IMG/VR virus record: IMGVR_UViG_3300033121_000264
Coordinates: 40,686 to 104,685 of that record
Reading direction: 5' to 3' (one strand)
Source of the DNA: a virus
Taxonomy: Duplodnaviria > Caudoviricetes
Length of the DNA: 64,000 nucleotides
The translations under genes were made by a program, and so were the position numbers. Shown here one piece after another: positions 46,221 to 53,900 of the stretch (its first letter is position 1; each line of letters opens with the position of its first letter). The notes under the pieces were generated by a model. The model saw nothing but the letters and a program-made list of their open reading frames with translations. It made no database searches and was not told the DNA's origin.

Positions 46221-46323
46221 CAGGGGACATGGTGACATAATAGTTGTGCTGGTGAGCGGTGGTAACACAGCGGAAGCCAGAGAACATAAGTATTATGGGT
46301 GGGTTCGATTCCTGCTCCCTAGC
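46221..46323 (+). ncRNA. possible tRNA-like small RNA
   Basis: Starts just after promoter 46183-46210; T-arm GTGGG-TTCGATT-CCTGC; imperfect acceptor CAGGGGA/TCCCTAG. Confidence 0.35.
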
Positions 46324-46356
46324 CTTAGTTAGTTCAGAAAAAGCCGAAGGTGAAGT

Positions 46357-46557
46357 ATGTTGAAAGATAAAGCCCTAGCATTACAGTTTGCCCAAGAGTT
46401 GAAAGCCCTATTTGATAAATATGAGGCAGAACGTATTACGCGAAATGAAAATGACTTGACAATTGTGGGGTCATTTGGTACAATTGATGATATTGACATT
46501 ACGACTGGTACTATCTGGTCAGAACAACCTTGTGGTTGGGCATTAATTAAGGAATAA
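46357..46557 (+). CDS. early hypothetical protein
   Basis: AAGGTG RBS. Confidence 0.55.
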   Translation: MLKDKALALQFAQELKALFDKYEAERITRNENDLTIVGSFGTIDDIDITTGTIWSEQPCGWALIKE

Positions 46558-46565
46558 CAATACAA

Positions 46566-46769
46566 ATGATAGAAAGAATGTGGATTAATCAACCATCAAC
46601 CTTGCAACCTGACCATTTTTGGCATGGTACAAATGTATTGGTTGATATGAGTTCTGTTAGATTTCATGAAAGAACCAAACAGAATCATGTTGACATTTAC
46701 TTTTTAAGCGGTAATATTATTAGCTGTAGATGCTCAATGTTATCATTATCTAAAGGATGGAAGCAATGA
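46566..46769 (+). CDS. early hypothetical protein
   Basis: AAGGA RBS; MWINQPSTLQP motif. Confidence 0.55.
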   Translation: MIERMWINQPSTLQPDHFWHGTNVLVDMSSVRFHERTKQNHVDIYFLSGNIISCRCSMLSLSKGWKQ

Positions 46770-47075
46770 AAACCTTTCGGCTTTTTCTTCTCCTAATCAC
46801 AGTTAAAATCAATATTGATGCGAATACGTATCAAATAAAAGATTGGCAACCTTTCGAGATTGTTAATCCTGCCCCAATTATCCCATTGTTACAACCTCTT
46901 AAGAAAAATTGGTGGATTCCATGACCGAAATGTTATCTGATTGGGCATTCTATTATGGTATGCTAGTTTTCATTTTAGTCGATGAATGGTGTAAAGTACA
47001 TCAAAGACCATGGTATGTAAAATTTATATTACTTACAACAATTTTAACATTTGGCATTTTTATGTTGAAGTTGTA

Positions 47076-47151
47076 TAAGTCCTGACTCCATAAGGAGTTA
47101 GGTGTTGGGGGCGTGCCCCGCGAACGTAAGTGCTTATGTAGTAACGACTTA
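47076..47151. repeat. 76-bp paired-box element copy 5
   Basis: TAAGTCCTG-N7-AAGGAGTTA, centre GGGGCGTGCCCC, TAAGTGCTT-N7-AACGACTTA. Confidence 0.9.
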
Positions 47152-47326
47152 AAACTACTAAAGAATTATCCCCAGGTTACCGATACTATCTATATCAAAG
47201 GAGTATTGGTATGAAAATTATTTTGACAATTCTTGCGATTGGCGTATTGACAATGACGGGCTGCGTTGCTACAATCAAGAGCGTAACAGTTGCTTATAAC
47301 GATGTGGAAGTAAGGACGGAATTCCG

Positions 47327-47515
47327 ATGAAAATTACTATTGATATTCAGCACCGTTACACGGATAATGATAACGAGGAAAATGAATACATTGTCAAAAT
47401 CTCTGATGATACCAAATTAGAGACCAGTGAATACAAGTGTGACGATATTCAAAAAGTAAAGAATTTTATTAGTTTAACAGTTCGTGAAACTTTGTTTGAC
47501 TTAGGAATGTATTAA
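47327..47515 (+). CDS. early hypothetical protein
   Basis: 62 aa, coupled to neighbours. Confidence 0.5.
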   Translation: MKITIDIQHRYTDNDNEENEYIVKISDDTKLETSEYKCDDIQKVKNFISLTVRETLFDLGMY

Positions 47516-47719
47516 TGAAAATCACTGGCCGCGAATTGGCACAGATGGGTCGTAATGGTCACACCACCCATTTTAGTGGTACTGGCTTGCATCGCAATTG
47601 GAAGAAACAACCAAAAGGTGGAAAGAAAGCCCAGGCTCGTAAAGCTATTCGAGAATTTGCTTGACAAGTCTGAAAAGTCTGATACACTAAGCTAGTCACC
47701 AACAATAAGGATTAGTAAA

Positions 47720-47974
47720 ATGACTGACCTATCCCATCCTGAGTTTAGACTGACTAGGAACCGGCCATACGTTCTTTGTAACTGTCCTGGACGTAAGGAC
47801 GTTCGTGCCCGTCAAGGTTATTACATTCGTGCTAAAGATTCTCAAGCTGCACTTGAGCGAATGGCTGAACACTTTCCGGATGATATGCAATTCGGATTTA
47901 CTTGCGATTTGTGGAAGTTGCCCGAAGGTATGAGTTTTGAACACTATAACGAAATGTTGGAGATTATGTCGTGA
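47720..47974 (+). CDS. early hypothetical protein
   Basis: Own promoter, AAGGA RBS. Confidence 0.6.
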   Translation: MTDLSHPEFRLTRNRPYVLCNCPGRKDVRARQGYYIRAKDSQAALERMAEHFPDDMQFGFTCDLWKLPEGMSFEHYNEMLEIMS

Positions 47975-48201
47975 AGATTACAGAAGCAATCAACCAACTT
48001 ACAGAATGTTTAAAAACTGGCGAAACCGACATTATCTTTGCATATTGGGAAAGAAATATGTTTGATATAGACGGTAAACTAATTGACAAAGAAACCTTTG
48101 CAGGTTATGCTGAAGATATTGAAGACAATATGGATTGGTCGTATGCTTGGGAAGATATGATGGAAATTATTGCTAGAAATGTAGCAGAAGATTCAGAATA
48201 A
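47971..48201 (+). CDS. early acidic hypothetical protein
   Basis: GGAG RBS; stop 2 bp before element copy 6. Confidence 0.6.
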   Translation: MKITEAINQLTECLKTGETDIIFAYWERNMFDIDGKLIDKETFAGYAEDIEDNMDWSYAWEDMMEIIARNVAEDSE

Positions 48202-48203
48202 CG

Positions 48204-48279
48204 TAAAGCCTTTACTCGTAAGAGTTTAGGCGTTGGGGGCGTGGCCCGCCGCCATAAGTCCTTATATACCAAGGGATTA
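48204..48279. repeat. 76-bp paired-box element copy 6
   Basis: TAAAGCCTT-N7-AAGAGTTTA, centre GGGGCGTGGCCC, TAAGTCCTT-N7-AAGGGATTA. Confidence 0.9.
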
Positions 48280-48406
48280 CGCTCACTAGAATTATTCGTA
48301 GAATTATTTTTCCAGGCCGCTTGACAATGCCGATAAAGACTGTATAATGATGGAGTAAGGCAAACGAATCACTTCGATTCGGAACCAATTATCTAAGGAG
48401 TCTGAT

Positions 48407-48598
48407 ATGTCGCAAGTTCAAACCATTCGTGCCCTTCGTATGGCGTCTGCTCTCGTTAAGAAGAACCGTTTCGATACGGCTCGGATTCAGCGTGCTATCA
48501 AGTCTAAGGTGGGTGTGACGGTCGATGGTCGTACGATTGCCGGCATCCGAATGTCGCATCGTTATCAGGTGGGGAAAGCGTTGAGTTTGGTTATGTAA
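48407..48598 (+). CDS. small basic early protein
   Basis: Own promoter, AAGGAG RBS, Arg/Lys-rich. Confidence 0.65.
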   Translation: MSQVQTIRALRMASALVKKNRFDTARIQRAIKSKVGVTVDGRTIAGIRMSHRYQVGKALSLVM

Positions 48599-48962
48599 AT
48601 AAAAGATTGGGGACTGGGGGAAATAGCAAAGGTGGGTACAATATGATAGAGACTCACGCCTCCAGTTTTCAATTTTCTAATTTCGTTTTTAGTCAAGCAA
48701 ACCATTTTTTTGGGAGACAATGACAATGCAACAATATATTGAGTACCGGTTGAGTGAAAAGGGAAGCGAACACCAAGGCCAATGGATTGAGTTTGGCCGA
48801 GTCGAGGCTAAGAGTCGTCGGCAGGCAATGAAGCAACTAAGTAAGGATGACCCGAAAGAGGGGCCACAAGTTCAGCGGAAAGTTCGTCAGGCCGAATAGG
48901 GCTTGACAGATTGAAAATCCGTTGTAAAATTGTGGTATACTAATCGCTTCTCTTGGTGTAAC

Positions 48963-49355
48963 ATGACGATTGAAAAGCAAGCAACGTTTGATTTTGTTGT
49001 TGGAAAAATTCGCGAACAGGGTTGTGCTTCTGTTAAACCCGATTCAAATAGCTGTTTGTATCGTGGACCGAATGGTACTAAATGTGCGGCTGGTCATGTC
49101 ATTCCAGATGAAAAATATGACCCTTGTTTTGAGGGTTGTACTGTCCCCGTATCTCTTGCAGACTGGGACTCTGGTAATACTAAAAAACTTTATGAAGTTT
49201 TGAAAGAAACTGGACACGATTTAAATTTGTTGCGTTCTTTGCAACGTGCTCACGACAGCATATCTATGGAATATAATTTCCTAGCAGGTTTTGAGAAAAA
49301 TGTCCAGCATGTAGCAGAATTTCATGAGTTAGTTTACACTCCGCCGAAGGAGTAG
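48963..49355 (+). CDS. hypothetical protein, paralogue A (CLYRGPNGTKCAAG family)
   Basis: Colinear similarity to 50037-50423; ATG at 48963 matches the paralogue start. Confidence 0.8.
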   Translation: MTIEKQATFDFVVGKIREQGCASVKPDSNSCLYRGPNGTKCAAGHVIPDEKYDPCFEGCTVPVSLADWDSGNTKKLYEVLKETGHDLNLLRSLQRAHDSISMEYNFLAGFEKNVQHVAEFHELVYTPPKE

Positions 49356-49358
49356 TCC

Positions 49359-49434
49359 TAAGTCCTTTAGCCGCAAGGCTTTAGGCATAGGGGGCGTGCC
49401 CCATAGCTCTAACTCCTTATGCTACAACGACTTA
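49359..49434. repeat. 76-bp paired-box element copy 7
   Basis: TAAGTCCTT-N7-AAGGCTTTA, centre GGGGCGTGCCCC, TAACTCCTT-N7-AACGACTTA. Confidence 0.9.
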
Positions 49435-49478
49435 GAAATATACTTGACAGATGAGAATTCTATTGTATAATAATTGAA

Positions 49479-49620
49479 CTTAGGGAGATGCCGCTATGGT
49501 GGCGGATACGCCTATAAGGTAGGATAGAACGGTCCTACTACCTAGGAGCCAAATACTTGTATCTGCTAAAATAGGCAGATTGCCCCGAGCCACATGATGC
49601 CTGCGAAATCAGTCGCAAGC
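49479..49620 (+). ncRNA. putative structured small RNA
   Basis: No ORF-track call between promoters at 49444 and 49633; four hairpins and a closing stem. Confidence 0.4.
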
Positions 49621-49666
49621 GAATATTTAGGGTTGACAAACGAAAAGCCGAGAGTATAATAGTCGT

Positions 49667-49873
49667 ATGAGCAAACAATTCTTCCATGTTAGTGAGCGGG
49701 TTAAAAGTTTAATGATGGGCCATATTGAGGGCACTGTTGTTATAACCCATAATAGGGGTGAGTTGGGTTGGGAATACTTTATCTGTTGGGATAATGGGAT
49801 GAGTGGGTCATTTACAGAAGAACAAATTGTAGCAAACGGAATTAAGAAATGTCATCGCTTAAATCAATCCTAA
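49667..49873 (+). CDS. early hypothetical protein (probably leaderless)
   Basis: ATG 6 bp after -10 box. Confidence 0.55.
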   Translation: MSKQFFHVSERVKSLMMGHIEGTVVITHNRGELGWEYFICWDNGMSGSFTEEQIVANGIKKCHRLNQS

Positions 49874-50040
49874 ACCAGAAATCCTACGGCATTTTTATTC
49901 AAGGGGTTGACGAAAACGGAATTCCTTGTATGATTAGGGTCGCAGGTGAGTGGACGAACAAACGAGTGGCTCAACGTGAAACTCGCCGCTTAATGAATTT
50001 GGATAGTCGAAAACTTAAAGGGGAATTGGTACAATTATGA
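49849..50040 (+). CDS. early hypothetical protein
   Basis: Overlaps both neighbours. Confidence 0.5.
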   Translation: MSSLKSILNQKSYGIFIQGVDENGIPCMIRVAGEWTNKRVAQRETRRLMNLDSRKLKGELVQL

Positions 50041-50423
50041 TTACTATGCAAGAAACGTTTGATTTCGTTGTCGGTAAGATTCGTGAGCAGGGTTGTGCTT
50101 CTATTGTGGAAGGTGGTAGTAGTTGCCTTTATCGTGGGTCGAATGGTACGAAGTGTGCCGCTGGTCACGTTATCCCAGATGACAAGTATGACCTTATTTT
50201 TGAGGGTTGTACCGTTGTCACGAAACCTTGGGATGGAATGCGTGAAGGTGTTAAAAAGTTGTACGAAGTGTTAAAAGAAACTGGCCACGATTTAGATTTG
50301 CTTCGTAACTTACAACGATGTCACGACGATGCATCTTCATTTAAAAACTTTATGGAGAAGTTTGAAATTAACGTGAAAGAGATTGCTACCTTAAAAGAAT
50401 TAACCTACACCCCGAAAGCATAA
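50037..50423 (+). CDS. hypothetical protein, paralogue B (CLYRGSNGTKCAAG family)
   Basis: Similarity to 48963-49355. Confidence 0.8.
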   Translation: MITMQETFDFVVGKIREQGCASIVEGGSSCLYRGSNGTKCAAGHVIPDDKYDLIFEGCTVVTKPWDGMREGVKKLYEVLKETGHDLDLLRNLQRCHDDASSFKNFMEKFEINVKEIATLKELTYTPKA

Positions 50424-50438
50424 AACAACCCAACGTCA

Positions 50439-50514
50439 TAAGTCCTTACTATGTAGGGATTTATGGCTAAGGGGCACGCCCGCCATACCTAAGTCGTTAT
50501 GCCACAAGGGTTTA
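50439..50514. repeat. 76-bp paired-box element copy 8
   Basis: TAAGTCCTT-N7-AGGGATTTA, centre GGGGCACGCCCG, TAAGTCGTT-N7-AAGGGTTTA. Confidence 0.9.
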
Positions 50515-50675
50515 CGTCCGGCACGATATTTGCCCAGAAAATCTTTTCAGAATTATGATGCCAGGCACACCATTTTATTTTATTCTAGGCTCTGTATTAG
50601 TGGGGATTAACGATTGACGCCAGGCCGATTCTATGGTACAATCCAGACTTCGCAGCCAGTTAAAACCGGAGTCAA

Positions 50676-51437
50676 GTGATGGAAATTTTAAAGTTTGGAA
50701 AAGCAAACGGAAAATTGAAGCAATTGCAAGCAAAATTGGGCCGGAAAGTAGCAATTTTTGATATGCTCGCCGGCCATACTTGCCCATTCGCTAAAGATTG
50801 CCTATCTAAAGCAATTAACCTAGATGGGAAGCGAACAATTGAAGATGGGAAAGATACAAAGTTTCGGTGCTATGCGGCGAGTTTGGAAGTTATCTATCCG
50901 GCCGTATATTTCGCACACGAACACAATACTAAGCTGATTCGCACAGCTCTATTGGGGGGTGTGAATAATGTAGTCGATTTGATTACACAATCAATCCCAA
51001 AGTGGGCCGAAGTTATCCGGATTCACTCATCGGGCGATTTTTTCCATCTTAGCTATTTTGACGCTTGGCGGAAAGTTGCGGAATCTTATCCAGACCGCCT
51101 ATTCTACGCATATACTAAGGCTACCCCGTTCTGGGTGAAACGCCTAGATGCTATCCCCCCGAATATGCTACTTACCGCTAGTTTTGGGGGTAAGCGTGAT
51201 GATTTGATTTTGTCGCATAATCTCCGGTCAAGTTTGGTAGTTAAGACCGTAGCAGAAGCGAAAAAATTGAAATTGCCTATTGACAAAGCTGATATTTGTG
51301 CAGCTACGCCTGGCCCTAACTTTGCTTTGCTGATTCATGGAGTTCAGCCGAAGGGAAGCGAATACGGAAAAGCGGTACGGAAACTAAAGGGGAAGGGAAG
51401 TTATGGTCGAAAGTCTACTCGAAAGGTGGCTGTTTAA
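50676..51437 (+). CDS. GP88-family (radical-SAM-like) protein
   Basis: AGHTCPFA..C...CYA, RIHSSGDFF, FYAYTK. Confidence 0.75.
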   Translation: MMEILKFGKANGKLKQLQAKLGRKVAIFDMLAGHTCPFAKDCLSKAINLDGKRTIEDGKDTKFRCYAASLEVIYPAVYFAHEHNTKLIRTALLGGVNNVVDLITQSIPKWAEVIRIHSSGDFFHLSYFDAWRKVAESYPDRLFYAYTKATPFWVKRLDAIPPNMLLTASFGGKRDDLILSHNLRSSLVVKTVAEAKKLKLPIDKADICAATPGPNFALLIHGVQPKGSEYGKAVRKLKGKGSYGRKSTRKVAV

Positions 51438-51702
51438 TGAAACCGCAAATATGGGCCATTCTATTGGGGGGTTTGATGATTCTCGGATGGTACATGGAAG
51501 CAAGTAAAAATTCTGGCCGCTAGTTGACAAGTCGTGAAAAGATGGTAAAATTTGGGAGTCGTGAGGGGATGACTGAAACGAGAAAAGCCAACAACGAAAA
51601 AAACGCGAGTCGCTTGACAAGCTATAAAATGTTGGTATAATCAAAGAGTCGCCCACAGTTAAACGGTTTTGTAGTTTTTATTTTTTGAAAGGTTGGTGTA
51701 CG

Positions 51703-52146
51703 ATGGCTGAGCAAGTGACGAACGGTGTTGAAACGGAAACGACGATTGTTGTCCCGGGTATGAAGGTGGGCAAGTCGGCCCCGAAGATGCGAAAGGATGG
51801 TACGCCTCGTAAGGAGCGTACCGTGGTCGAGGACGAAAAGTTTCTGGCTGCGTATTTCGCGGCGGTTAAGGCCGGTCATCCGGTTAGCAAGTTGGCGGAA
51901 ACTTTGGGAATGGCGGTCGGTTCGGTGATTCAACGCATCGAATCGACTAACACGAACCTCTTGGAGGTTGGTGCGAAGCCGCTGCCGAAGTTGGCACGTA
52001 AGACCGGTCCCCGAAAAGACCGTTCCGCCCTGGCTGCCCTAGTTGCCCAGATTGGCAAGGGTACGCTGGAAAGCCTGCCGGTTGAAGCCCCTATTTCGGG
52101 GGAAGCTCCGGAAATGTCGGACGAGGAAGCTAACAGCGACGCCTAA
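51703..52146 (+). CDS. putative DNA-binding (HTH) early protein
   Basis: VSKLAETLGMAVGSVIQR HTH-like; tandem upstream promoters; followed by terminator; visibly GC-rich codons. Confidence 0.65.
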   Translation: MAEQVTNGVETETTIVVPGMKVGKSAPKMRKDGTPRKERTVVEDEKFLAAYFAAVKAGHPVSKLAETLGMAVGSVIQRIESTNTNLLEVGAKPLPKLARKTGPRKDRSALAALVAQIGKGTLESLPVEAPISGEAPEMSDEEANSDA

Positions 52147-52172
52147 GCACTAGGCCGAGTTGAGTAGAAACT

Positions 52173-52220
52173 AAGCAAGCCACCTATCAGGGGTAACTCT
52201 GGTGGGTGGTTTGTTTTATT
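52173..52220 (+). terminator. intrinsic terminator
   Basis: AGCAAGCCACCTATCAGGG-GTAA-CTCTGGTGGGTGGTTTGTT then TTATT. Confidence 0.75.
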
Positions 52221-52239
52221 GTATAAAATGCAATCGTCG

Positions 52240-52315
52240 TAAGTCCTTACCTGGTAAGGGTTTAGGGCTGGGGGGCGTGCCCCGCCGCTGTAAGTCTATA
52301 TGCTGTAATGGTTTG
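52240..52315. repeat. 76-bp paired-box element copy 9
   Basis: TAAGTCCTT-N7-AAGGGTTTA, centre GGGGCGTGCCCC, TAAGTCTAT-N7-AATGGTTTG. Confidence 0.9.
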
Positions 52316-52402
52316 CATTGTTTTATTTTTGTCTATTGACACTTCGATAATTCGGTGTAAAATCACTACATCAAAGCAACTAACTTCACAAAGGAAAATG
52401 TC

Positions 52403-52660
52403 ATGCGTATCTGGGTTCGTAAAGCCGATTGTGTCAAGGCTCGTCAGGCTATGGAAGCCGGTTTGTCTATTAAGGATGGTGCTTGCCCCGTTATCCAAGC
52501 GTTGCGTTCGCTTGATATTCCGGCCCAAGATTGCGGATATGAGACAATCTACGTCGATGGGAAAGCGTACAATATGAATGGGCACAATACCATTCGCCGT
52601 TGGTTGCATACGAATTGCGACAACGGATTTTATATCAAGATTAAGGACTTGACATACTAG
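52403..52660 (+). CDS. early hypothetical protein
   Basis: Own promoter, AAGGA RBS. Confidence 0.6.
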   Translation: MRIWVRKADCVKARQAMEAGLSIKDGACPVIQALRSLDIPAQDCGYETIYVDGKAYNMNGHNTIRRWLHTNCDNGFYIKIKDLTY

Positions 52661-52715
52661 AAACTTGTGCTACAATTCAATAGTCAACGGTCAACAGTAA
52701 ACAAGGAATCAAAAA

Positions 52716-52961
52716 ATGAAAACGAACGATTTGAAAAAGGGTACACGAATCAAGTTGGCTAATGGTTGGGAAGCTATTATTGAGGATAATATGAAAGGCA
52801 ACACTCGCCTTGCCAAAGTGTTCGGATTCTTTACCGAAATTGGTTCGGTCTACAGTCACGATATTAAGTATTTCCGAAATGATGCTGGTATTTGGGAAAG
52901 TGTGGAACATACGCCAGCCCAAATTAAGATGCGAAAACAAGTCTCAAGTTTTGGAATGTAA
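52716..52961 (+). CDS. early hypothetical protein
   Basis: Own promoter, AAGGA RBS. Confidence 0.65.
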   Translation: MKTNDLKKGTRIKLANGWEAIIEDNMKGNTRLAKVFGFFTEIGSVYSHDIKYFRNDAGIWESVEHTPAQIKMRKQVSSFGM

Positions 52962-53121
52962 CTAAAGGACGAATAAAATGAAAAATTGTGCCTTGACTTT
53001 CTCGTTCTTTGTGGTACAATGGGCGTAGTTGCAGCAGTAATAATCTGTGGGCTACGCTAGTGACAAATAAACAGTGGGAAGCTATAATACTTATCCTACT
53101 GTTGATTGGGTGGTATCGTGA

Positions 53122-53194
53122 GGAACTGTAGTATAATGGTTATTACAGCGGACTTTTAATCCGCAAAATCTGGATTCGACTTCCAGCGGTTCCA
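53122..53194 (+). tRNA. tRNA-Lys(UUU)
   Basis: GGAACTG/CGGTTCC acceptor; GCGGA-CTTTTAA-TCCGC; CTGGA-TTCGACT-TCCAG. Confidence 0.88.
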
Positions 53195-53218
53195 CTTAAT
53201 GAATACAATCTAAGATAC

Positions 53219-53289
53219 GCCCCATTATGTTAATGGTAGACACGCCGGTTTTCAGCCGGAAAATAACAGTTCGATTCTGTTATGGGGTA
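53219..53289 (+). tRNA. tRNA-Glu(UUC)
   Basis: GCCCCAT/ATGGGGT; CCGG-TTTTCAG-CCGG; AACAG-TTCGATT-CTGTT. Confidence 0.82.
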
Positions 53290-53295
53290 CTTTAT

Positions 53296-53372
53296 GCTGG
53301 CATGGCTCGACTGAGAAAGGCACCGCACTTGTAATGCGGATTATGTGGGCGCGAATCCTACTGTCAGCCCCA
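53296..53372 (+). tRNA. tRNA-Thr(UGU), encoded CCA, atypical T-loop
   Basis: GCTGGCA/TGTCAGC; CCGCA-CTTGTAA-TGCGG; T-loop CGCGAAT. Confidence 0.8.
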
Positions 53373-53386
53373 TACTAGAGGATAAT

Positions 53387-53551
53387 ATGAAAAGTGAAAT
53401 TGTTAAAATTGAATTAACCAAAGAACAATATGAACAGTTAATTAGCGAATTGTATTCATTATATGGTTATCACTGGAATAGCGATAAAGTTCATGCTGAT
53501 GATTGTGGAAGTAAGGTGATTGATATCATCCAATCACAAGTCCAATCATAG
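53387..53551 (+). CDS. hypothetical protein
   Basis: GAGGA RBS before ATG 53387; stop lies inside element copy 10. Confidence 0.55.
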   Translation: MKSEIVKIELTKEQYEQLISELYSLYGYHWNSDKVHADDCGSKVIDIIQSQVQS

Positions 53552-53612
53552 TAAGGACTTAAGTGTAAGGGGCACGCCCCCCAGACGTAACTCCTTATGC
53601 CACACCAGGTTA
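53537..53612. repeat. 76-bp paired-box element copy 10
   Basis: CAAGTCCAA-N7-AAGGACTTA, centre GGGGCACGCCCC, TAACTCCTT-N7-ACCAGGTTA. Confidence 0.85.
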
Positions 53613-53825
53613 CAAATACAAGCCCCCATTGATGTGATTATTCCCCAGAATATGTATAGACTATAAACAAATACATGATATAATTGTATCATCTAATCTA
53701 TTCTCATCCCCACAGGCCAGCCACAGCAAGCCAATTTATATGATTGCCGATGATATTGGTCGTCAGCCAATTTGCCCCAAAAGAGGTATAGACAGACCGT
53801 AAAAAGATAGTATAATGAGATATAT

Positions 53826-53895
53826 GGGTTCACCAATGGATTTTGGCTGCGGTTCTTCTAAAACTGCTTGTGGGGTTCGATTCCCTATGGACCTA
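53826..53895 (+). tRNA. tRNA-Arg(UCU), atypical D-arm
   Basis: GGGTTCA/TGGACCT; CGGTT-CTTCTAA-AACTG; TGGGG-TTCGATT-CCCTA. Confidence 0.65.
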
Positions 53896-53900
53896 CTTTA

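Noticed and set aside
53345-53386. GTG start extending the 53387 ORF
   Set aside because: Falls within tRNA-Thr; the RBS supports ATG at 53387
41162-53612. Repeats as a CRISPR array
   Set aside because: Units are over 1 kb apart, come in pairs with a conserved central palindrome rather than unique spacers, and no cas genes are present
41162-53612. Repeats as classical integron attC sites or intrinsic terminators
   Set aside because: No RYYYAAC/GTTRRRY ends and no IntI in the window; the GC palindrome has almost no loop and no U-tract
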